64,000 nt of DNA from Thermodesulfobacteriota bacterium (GTDB lineage Bacteria > Desulfobacterota_D > UBA1144 > Nemesobacterales > Mycalebacteriaceae), in contig OZ245366.1 in the NCBI GenBank assembly GCA_965226585.1, positions 335,298-399,297 of the forward strand. The letters are read 5' to 3'. The position numbers and the translations under genes are program-made. Under the pieces are notes generated by a model that had not been told where the DNA came from, searched no databases, and saw only the letters and a program-made list of their open reading frames with translations. Numbering within the stretch: position 1 is the stretch's first letter; each line of letters starts with the position of its first letter. This document shows positions 57,696 through 64,000 of the stretch, piece by piece.

Positions 57696-60600
57696 ATGCA
57701 TCTTATAGCCACCATACCGGGCGGATGGAATCCCGGAGATGACGGCGGGGTTTTTCTAATAGACCAGACCCCGGGCGACATCGTATTTCTTTCCGCGGCG
57801 GACACGGATATTTTCTGCCTTAATTCCGCCTATCTGAAACTTTCGGACGGCCGGGAACTTCCGTCTCTCAGAATGGCAAACCTTTCGTATTTGAAACGGG
57901 AACTTTCCGTTGATAATTATGTTGAATCGGTCATCCGTTCCGCGCGCCTTGTAGTTGTCAGAATGCTGGGCGGAAAAAATTATCATCCTTATGTTTGCGA
58001 CTCTCTTGAGGCGGAATGCGGAAAAAATAAAACGCCTCTGATTTTTCTCCCCGGAGATGACAGCCCTGATATTGAACTTATGTCTCTCTCCACGGCTCCG
58101 CAGAATTTTGTACAAAAAGCGTTCGGATATTTCTCTTCCGGAGGCCGGAAGAATTTTGAGAATTTTCTCAAACTTGCTCTCAATGATTTTTTTAATGTTT
58201 CTTTTTCCGTGAAAGCCCCCGAAAAAATGCCCGATATTTTTTCACGTGATGTTGCCGGACAAGGCGGCGGGAACTCGAACGCGGCAATTATTGCTTACAG
58301 AAGCCACTACCTTTCCGGAAACCTCTCTCCGGTTGAGACGCTTACGGAAAAACTTTCGGAGCAGGGTTTTAATTCAAAGGCGATTTTTGTGAAAAGCCTC
58401 AGAGAGCGTGAGGATATTGCGGAACTGTCTGAGTTTCTTTCGGGGGGAGAGTTTGACCTGATTTACAACACCACCAGTTTTGCTCTTAAAAGCGCGGCGG
58501 AAAAAAACGGATTTATTTTTGAAGAAAAAGGTGTTCCCGTTCTTCAAACCGTTTTTGCCTCGTGCCCGGAGGAAATGTGGAGGGAAAACCTTTTCGGGCT
58601 TTCCCCCACAGATATGGCGATAAATATAACCCTTCCGGAAATGGACGGGAAAATAGACGCGGGACCCGTCAGTTTCAAACGCGTAGAGGGTAAAGATCCG
58701 GGCACCGATTCAGAAATAGTGAAAAACCACCCCTACACGGACGGATGCCGCCGCGCGGCGGTTTTCGGAAAAAAATGGATAAATCTCCGCGAAAAAAACA
58801 ACGCAGATAAAAAAATAGCCGTCATAATGCCGAACTATCCCTCGCGTGACGGCCGCCTCGCAAACGGCGTTGGGCTTGACACCCCGCAGAGTTGCGTTCG
58901 CATACTGAAAAGTCTTGCCGCCGCGGGTTATTCTCCGGGCGCGGATTTTCCGGACAGCGGAGCCGCCCTTATGGACGAAATATCCCGGAAAATCACGAAC
59001 GACCCGGATTTTATGGACTCAAGGGATTGCGGGGTCTTTTTGCCTTTTGACAGTTTTCTTGACCGCTACCGCAAACTTTCAAAAAAACTTCGCGACCGTC
59101 TCGAACAACACTGGGGCGCTCCCGAAAACGATATTCACATAAAAAACGGCGGATTTCCCCTGCCGGGAATTGTGTTGGACAACATCTTCGTATCAATTCA
59201 GCCTGAGAGGGGATACGGGCAGGACATAAAAGCCGTCTATCATTCGCCCGATATTCCGCCGCCTTACCGCTATCTGGCGTTTTATTTCTGGCTTTTTCAA
59301 AACTTCCGCGCAGACGCGGTTATCCATCTGGGAAAGCACGGAAACCTTGAGTGGCTTCCCGGAAAAAGCGTGGCTCTTGACCCCGAAACGTGCTTTCCGG
59401 CGGCAATTTTTCCTCCGGTTCCCCATTTTTATCCTTTTATCGTCAACGACCCCGGCGAGGGTTCACAGGCGAAAAGGCGGTCGCGCGCCGTGATTATAGA
59501 CCACCTTGTTCCCCCGATGGTGCGAGCTGAATCGTATGGCGACTACCTTCGCCTTGAGCAGTTAATGGATGAGTACTATCAGGCATGGGGGCTCGACCCG
59601 CCCCGCGCGCAGTTTTTGAAGGAGCAAATATCCCGCGCGGTCAGAGAAACATCCCTTTATAAAGACCTCGACTGCGCCCCGGACGATATTGATGAAATCA
59701 TGAACCGTCTGGATGTGTGCCTGTGCGAAATCAAAGAGTCTCAGATACGGGGCGGTTTGCACATTCTGGGGGAGTGTCCGCAGGGCGGGCCGCTTGCCGA
59801 GCTTGTGGTCGCGCTTCACAGAATTCCCTCCGCTTCGGGGCCCGGAATAACGCAGGCGCTCGCGCGGGATATGGGTCTTGACCTTGACCCGCTTGACTGC
59901 GACTACGGCGCAGAGTTCAACCGCTCCGTTTCAGGAAAGGAGTGCAGAACGGCGGGGGCGGCGGTCGCCGCGCTTGAGGAAACGGCAAAGGATTATGTTT
60001 TGCGCGCCATTGAAAGCGGCTCTGCAGAGTGCGCCGGCAGAGATTTTCCGGAATTCCGTCAGGTTCTTGAGTCCGCGCTTTCAACCACGCTTCCAAACCT
60101 GCGGATGTGTTCCGATGAAATCGGCAACCTGCTTCGCGGTCTGGACGGGGGCTACGTTCCTTCCGGACCCTCAGGCGCGCCCACAAGGGGAAAACCGGAA
60201 ATTCTTCCCACCGGCAGAAACTTCCACTCCGTTGACACGAGAGGGCTTCCGACCCGCGCCGCGTACGCGCTTGGGGAAAAAAGCGCGGACTCTCTTGTTG
60301 AAAGACACCTTCAGGAAAACGGCGAATATCCCTCGGCGGTTGGCATATCGGTTTGGGGAACTTCAACAATGCGCACCGGCGCGGACGACATCGCGCAGGC
60401 TTTTGCGCTTATGGGTTTGAGACCCGTCTGGCAGGGGGAAAGCGGAAGAGTTGTGGATTTTGAGGCTCTTTCGCTGAACGAACTGCAAAGGCCCAGAGTG
60501 GACGTTACGCTCAGAATTTCGGGGTTTTTCAGAGACGCTTTCCCTGACCTCATTTCTCTTTTCAATGCGGCGGTTGAAAAAATTGCCGCGATGGATGATG

Positions 60601-61412
60601 AGCCTGAAAACCTGAACCCCGTGAGGCGGCGGCACTTGCTTGAAAAAACCGAATGGGTGAAGAAAGGGATTGATGAAGAAACCGCGCGGAAACGCTCTCT
60701 CTACAGGGTTTTCGGTTCAAAACCCGGCTCCTACGGCGCGGGGCTTCAATCCGCGATAGATTCAAAAAACTGGAAGACGCCCGAAGATTTGGCGATGATA
60801 TACGTGAACTGGAGCGGCTACGCGTACGGAAAAGACGGACCCAGTTCCGCCGCCGAAACTTACCGCCGCCGCCTCGCGGGCATGGATGTTGTAATTCAAA
60901 ATCAGGACAACCGTGAGCACGATATTCTGGATTCCGATGACTACTACCAGTTTCACGGCGGAATGGCGAATGCGGCGCGCGCGGAAAAGGGTGAGATGCC
61001 CGAAGTGTATTTCGGCGACCACTCAAAACCGGAAACACCGAAAATAAAAACCCTGAAGGAGGAAATCGTCAGGGTTTACCGCTCTCGTGTTGTAAATCCG
61101 AAGTGGATTGAGGCGATGAGGCGGCACGGATATAAAGGTGCTTTTGAGATGGCGGCGACCGTTGACTACCTGTTCGGCTATGACGCCACCACGGGGGTTG
61201 TGGACGATTTTATCTACGACGGCGTGGCGCAGGCGTATCTTTTTGACGGCGACAACTTTGATTTTCTCAAGAAAAACAACCCTCGCGCCGCGGTTGAGAT
61301 GGCGGAGAGAATGCTCGAAGCGGCTCAGCGCGGGATGTGGGAAAACCCCGGAGAAAAAACGCTTGAAAAACTGCGCTCGGTGTTTACCGAAGCCGAAGCC
61401 GTGACGGAATAA
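57696..61412 (+). CDS. cobN: cobaltochelatase subunit CobN
   Basis: 1238 aa, CobN/Mg-chelatase H family. Its position after cobW supports a cobalt chelatase role. Confidence 0.88.
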   Translation: MHLIATIPGGWNPGDDGGVFLIDQTPGDIVFLSAADTDIFCLNSAYLKLSDGRELPSLRMANLSYLKRELSVDNYVESVIRSARLVVVRMLGGKNYHPYVCDSLEAECGKNKTPLIFLPGDDSPDIELMSLSTAPQNFVQKAFGYFSSGGRKNFENFLKLALNDFFNVSFSVKAPEKMPDIFSRDVAGQGGGNSNAAIIAYRSHYLSGNLSPVETLTEKLSEQGFNSKAIFVKSLREREDIAELSEFLSGGEFDLIYNTTSFALKSAAEKNGFIFEEKGVPVLQTVFASCPEEMWRENLFGLSPTDMAINITLPEMDGKIDAGPVSFKRVEGKDPGTDSEIVKNHPYTDGCRRAAVFGKKWINLREKNNADKKIAVIMPNYPSRDGRLANGVGLDTPQSCVRILKSLAAAGYSPGADFPDSGAALMDEISRKITNDPDFMDSRDCGVFLPFDSFLDRYRKLSKKLRDRLEQHWGAPENDIHIKNGGFPLPGIVLDNIFVSIQPERGYGQDIKAVYHSPDIPPPYRYLAFYFWLFQNFRADAVIHLGKHGNLEWLPGKSVALDPETCFPAAIFPPVPHFYPFIVNDPGEGSQAKRRSRAVIIDHLVPPMVRAESYGDYLRLEQLMDEYYQAWGLDPPRAQFLKEQISRAVRETSLYKDLDCAPDDIDEIMNRLDVCLCEIKESQIRGGLHILGECPQGGPLAELVVALHRIPSASGPGITQALARDMGLDLDPLDCDYGAEFNRSVSGKECRTAGAAVAALEETAKDYVLRAIESGSAECAGRDFPEFRQVLESALSTTLPNLRMCSDEIGNLLRGLDGGYVPSGPSGAPTRGKPEILPTGRNFHSVDTRGLPTRAAYALGEKSADSLVERHLQENGEYPSAVGISVWGTSTMRTGADDIAQAFALMGLRPVWQGESGRVVDFEALSLNELQRPRVDVTLRISGFFRDAFPDLISLFNAAVEKIAAMDDEPENLNPVRRRHLLEKTEWVKKGIDEETARKRSLYRVFGSKPGSYGAGLQSAIDSKNWKTPEDLAMIYVNWSGYAYGKDGPSSAAETYRRRLAGMDVVIQNQDNREHDILDSDDYYQFHGGMANAARAEKGEMPEVYFGDHSKPETPKIKTLKEEIVRVYRSRVVNPKWIEAMRRHGYKGAFEMAATVDYLFGYDATTGVVDDFIYDGVAQAYLFDGDNFDFLKKNNPRAAVEMAERMLEAAQRGMWENPGEKTLEKLRSVFTEAEAVTE

Positions 61413-61442
61413 GCTCCCGCTAATTTCATGCGAGAGGGGTTT

Positions 61443-62360
61443 TTAATTCAAAGATTTCCAGAAATCTGAAATTCCATCTTCAATTCCGACTTCAGGTTTC
61501 CATCCGAGTTTTTTCGCGGCAAGTGAATTATCAAGAAATATCGCGCCTACGTCTCCTTTTTTCGCGCCGGTTTTTTTAACTTTCACCTTTTTGCCGGAAA
61601 CTGTTGACAGGATGTCCGTAATTTTATTGACCGAGGTTTCCACGCCCGTAGAGATGTTGAAAATCCCCCCGGGTTTTGAAGCGCAAAGCGCGTTTGCGCG
61701 GGCAACATCCGAGCAGTGAACATAGTCCCTTGTCTGCCCGCCGCTTCCGAACACCGTTGTTTGCGCGCCTTTTTTGTGGTTGCCGCACAAAATCGCCACA
61801 ATTCCGGTTTTTTTCTCCGTGTCCTGTCTTTCCCCGTAAACGTTTGAATAGCGGAGCGCGGTGAAATCAACCCCGTGATGCGATTTGAAAAAGCGCAGGT
61901 AGTATTCAACGCACAGTTTTGCGGTTCCGTACGGCGATTGTGGATTCGGCTCCGCATCCTCGCCTGCGGGCGGGCGGGCGACTTCGCCGTAAACCGCGCC
62001 GCTTGAGGCAAAGATAAATTTCCCCGTCCCCCGCTCCGCGCACAGGCTCAACAAGTTGAGGGAGCCGGTGATGTTTATGTCCGCGTCAAGGGCGGGATTT
62101 TCCGCTGAAACCCTCACGTCTATTTGCGCGGCGTGATGATTTACCAGTTCCGGCTTGAAAGATGAAAATATTTTTTTCATCCCGGCGGAGTCTCTTATGT
62201 CGTACTTTTCAAATCTCGCCCCGGGCGGGATGCTTTCCTCCTTTCCCGAAGAAAGGTTGTCAACAATTAAAACCTCGTGACCGTCTTCAACATATTTGCG
62301 GGAAATATGTGAGCCGATGAAACCCGCGCCTCCCGTAAGCAGTATTCTCATTTTTTCCAC
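61443..62360 (-). CDS. NAD-dependent epimerase/dehydratase (GalE-like SDR)
   Basis: Rossmann motif LLTGGAGFIGSH and catalytic YxxxK (SPYGTAK). The start could be the second ATG (MRILL). Confidence 0.85.
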   Translation of the reverse strand: MEKMRILLTGGAGFIGSHISRKYVEDGHEVLIVDNLSSGKEESIPPGARFEKYDIRDSAGMKKIFSSFKPELVNHHAAQIDVRVSAENPALDADINITGSLNLLSLCAERGTGKFIFASSGAVYGEVARPPAGEDAEPNPQSPYGTAKLCVEYYLRFFKSHHGVDFTALRYSNVYGERQDTEKKTGIVAILCGNHKKGAQTTVFGSGGQTRDYVHCSDVARANALCASKPGGIFNISTGVETSVNKITDILSTVSGKKVKVKKTGAKKGDVGAIFLDNSLAAKKLGWKPEVGIEDGISDFWKSLN

Positions 62361-62401
62361 ACCAATTTGGACTGACCCTTTCCGTTTGTATTCAAAAACT
62401 A

Positions 62402-62485
<84 letters not shown>

Positions 62486-62608
62486 TTGCGCGGACATTTT
62501 AACGGAAGCGTTTTGCCGGAAGCAACCTTCACGCTGTCCGGGCGGTTGCGTGAGCAAGCGATTATAACACGGCGGAGATGTTTTTTCGCGCGACCCGAAA
62601 AACAGTTC

Positions 62609-62636
62609 TTGACAACAACCCGCTGGTGATTATCTT
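62609..62636 (+). promoter_or_regulatory. candidate promoter upstream of groES (TTGACA-16nt-TATCTT)
   Basis: cttgacaacaacccgctggtgattatctt lies about 90 nt upstream of groES. No CIRCE inverted repeat was spotted. Confidence 0.3.
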
Positions 62637-62726
62637 TAGGTTTGTCTCAGGGCGGGTGAGTGGTTTTGCTTTACGCATTAGCGACGTCCTGCAACAGAAA
62701 AACATATTTCAGGAGGGCAAGCGACA

Positions 62727-63026
62727 ATGGCTTCAAAGGTAAAGTTTAGGCCGCTTCACGACAAGGTTCTTGTAAAAAGGCTGGAAGGAGAAGAGACAAC
62801 CGCCGGGGGAATTATCATCCCGGACACTGCTCAGGAGCAGTCTCAGGAGGGCAAAGTGGTAGCGGTTGGCAACGGTGCAATCGGTGATGACGGCAAAGTC
62901 AGAAAACTTGACGTAAAGCCGGGGGACAGCGTTCTCTTCAGCAAATACGGCGGAACCGACATCAACATAGAAGGCGAAAGCTACATTGTGATGAAAGAGG
63001 AAGACATACTTGCCGTTATCGCCTAG
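62727..63026 (+). CDS. groES: co-chaperonin GroES
   Basis: 99 aa: [30 protein letters not shown]. Confidence 0.95.
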   Translation: MASKVKFRPLHDKVLVKRLEGEETTAGGIIIPDTAQEQSQEGKVVAVGNGAIGDDGKVRKLDVKPGDSVLFSKYGGTDINIEGESYIVMKEEDILAVIA

Positions 63027-63062
63027 GCGGTCGCGAGCAGTTCCAACAAAGGAGGGAAACAA

Positions 63063-64000
63063 ATGTCTGTAAAAAACATTGAATTCAACAGAGAAGCTCA
63101 GAATCTTATTATGAGCGGTGTTAACAAACTTGCCAACGCCGTAAAGGTGACGCTCGGGCCCAGAGGCAGAAACGTGCTTATGGAGAAACCGTTCGGCGCT
63201 CCCAACGTTACAAAAGACGGAGTGAGTGTGGCAAAGGAAATAGAACTTGAGGACAAGTTTGAGAACATGGGAGCGCAGATGGTCAAAGAAGTCGCTTCAA
63301 AAACAAGTGACGTTGCCGGAGACGGAACCACAACCGCGACTGTTCTCGCTCAGTCCATAGTTAGGGAAGGCACAAAACTCGTTGCCGCCGGGCACGACCC
63401 CATGAAACTTAAAAGGGGAATTGACAAGGCGGTTGAGGTTGTTGTTGAAAGCATCAGAAAACTCAGCAAACAGACCAAAGACAAGACCGAGATTTTTCAG
63501 GTTGCCACTATTTCCGCAAACGGCGATGAAGAAATAGGAAACAAAATCGCGGACGCGATGGAGCAGGTTGGAAAAGACGGCGTTATAACCGTTGAAGAGG
63601 GCAGAAGCCTTGACACGGAGCTTGAGGTTGTTGAGGGAATGCAGTTCGACAGGGGATATCTCAGCCCCTATTTCGTAACGGATTCCGAAAGGATGCTCGT
63701 TGAGCTTGAAGACCCGCTAATCCTTCTTTTTGACAAGAAAATAGCGAACATGAAAGACCTTGTCCCTCTTCTTGAAGAGGTCGCGAGGAGTTCCAGTCCG
63801 CTTCTTATCATATCGGAAGACGTTGAGGGCGAAGCCCTTGCGACTCTCGTTGTGAACAAGATACGGGGAACCCTTAAAGCTGCCGCCGTCAAGGCGCCCG
63901 GATTTGGCGACAGACGCAAGGCGATGGTAGAAGACATAGGCGTTCTGACCGGAGGAAACGTTATCTCCGAAGAGGCGGGCATGAAGCTTGAAACCGCCAC
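63063..64000 (+). CDS. groEL: chaperonin GroEL (N-terminal part; continues beyond window end)
   Basis: Open frame from ATG 63063 translating [38 protein letters not shown]...[10 protein letters not shown]. It has no stop in the window, so it is absent from the ORF track. Confidence 0.95.
   Translation, partial: MSVKNIEFNREAQNLIMSGVNKLANAVKVTLGPRGRNVLMEKPFGAPNVTKDGVSVAKEIELEDKFENMGAQMVKEVASKTSDVAGDGTTTATVLAQSIVREGTKLVAAGHDPMKLKRGIDKAVEVVVESIRKLSKQTKDKTEIFQVATISANGDEEIGNKIADAMEQVGKDGVITVEEGRSLDTELEVVEGMQFDRGYLSPYFVTDSERMLVELEDPLILLFDKKIANMKDLVPLLEEVARSSSPLLIISEDVEGEALATLVVNKIRGTLKAAAVKAPGFGDRRKAMVEDIGVLTGGNVISEEAGMKLETA

Noticed and set aside
62486-62726. CIRCE element (TTAGCACTC-N9-GAGTGCTAA) upstream of groES
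   Set aside because: I searched the 240-nt leader by eye and found no match to either half-site. Only a sigma70-like hexamer pair was found.

Overview
This is a high-GC bacterial chromosomal segment with dense housekeeping content on both strands. Genes identified: cmk (partial), aroA, dnaB, glnD, nadB-nadC-nadA, ftn, lon, an RRM RNA-binding protein, dnaE, comEC, a fused ispDF, purB, a partial F1Fo ATP synthase operon (b'/b/delta/alpha/gamma/beta/epsilon, no a/c subunits), class II B12-dependent ribonucleotide reductase nrdJ, ruvX, bolA-grxD, a cobalamin cluster (cbiA-cobD-cobQ-cobW-cobN, plus a PduO-type adenosyltransferase elsewhere), a GalE-like epimerase, tRNA-Leu(CAG) and groES-groEL (partial). 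Four short, visibly AT-rich islets interrupt this backbone, and each carries a candidate defense or toxin function: (1) 25697-28798, one 1033-aa protein with an N-terminal sacsin/MORC-type GHKL ATPase and a C-terminal DUF3883 nuclease-like domain; (2) 33200-36049, a type II restriction-modification pair followed by an overlapping Panacea-domain antitoxin and small toxin candidate pair; (3) 48445-49179, an orphan low-GC gene with faint UDG-superfamily-like motifs; (4) 55894-56625, an HNH_2-type endonuclease gene wedged with 2-nt and 1-nt junctions between cobQ and cobW. No CRISPR array, integrase, transposase or rRNA was seen. All calls rest on reading the supplied translations and sequence by eye; no searches were run.
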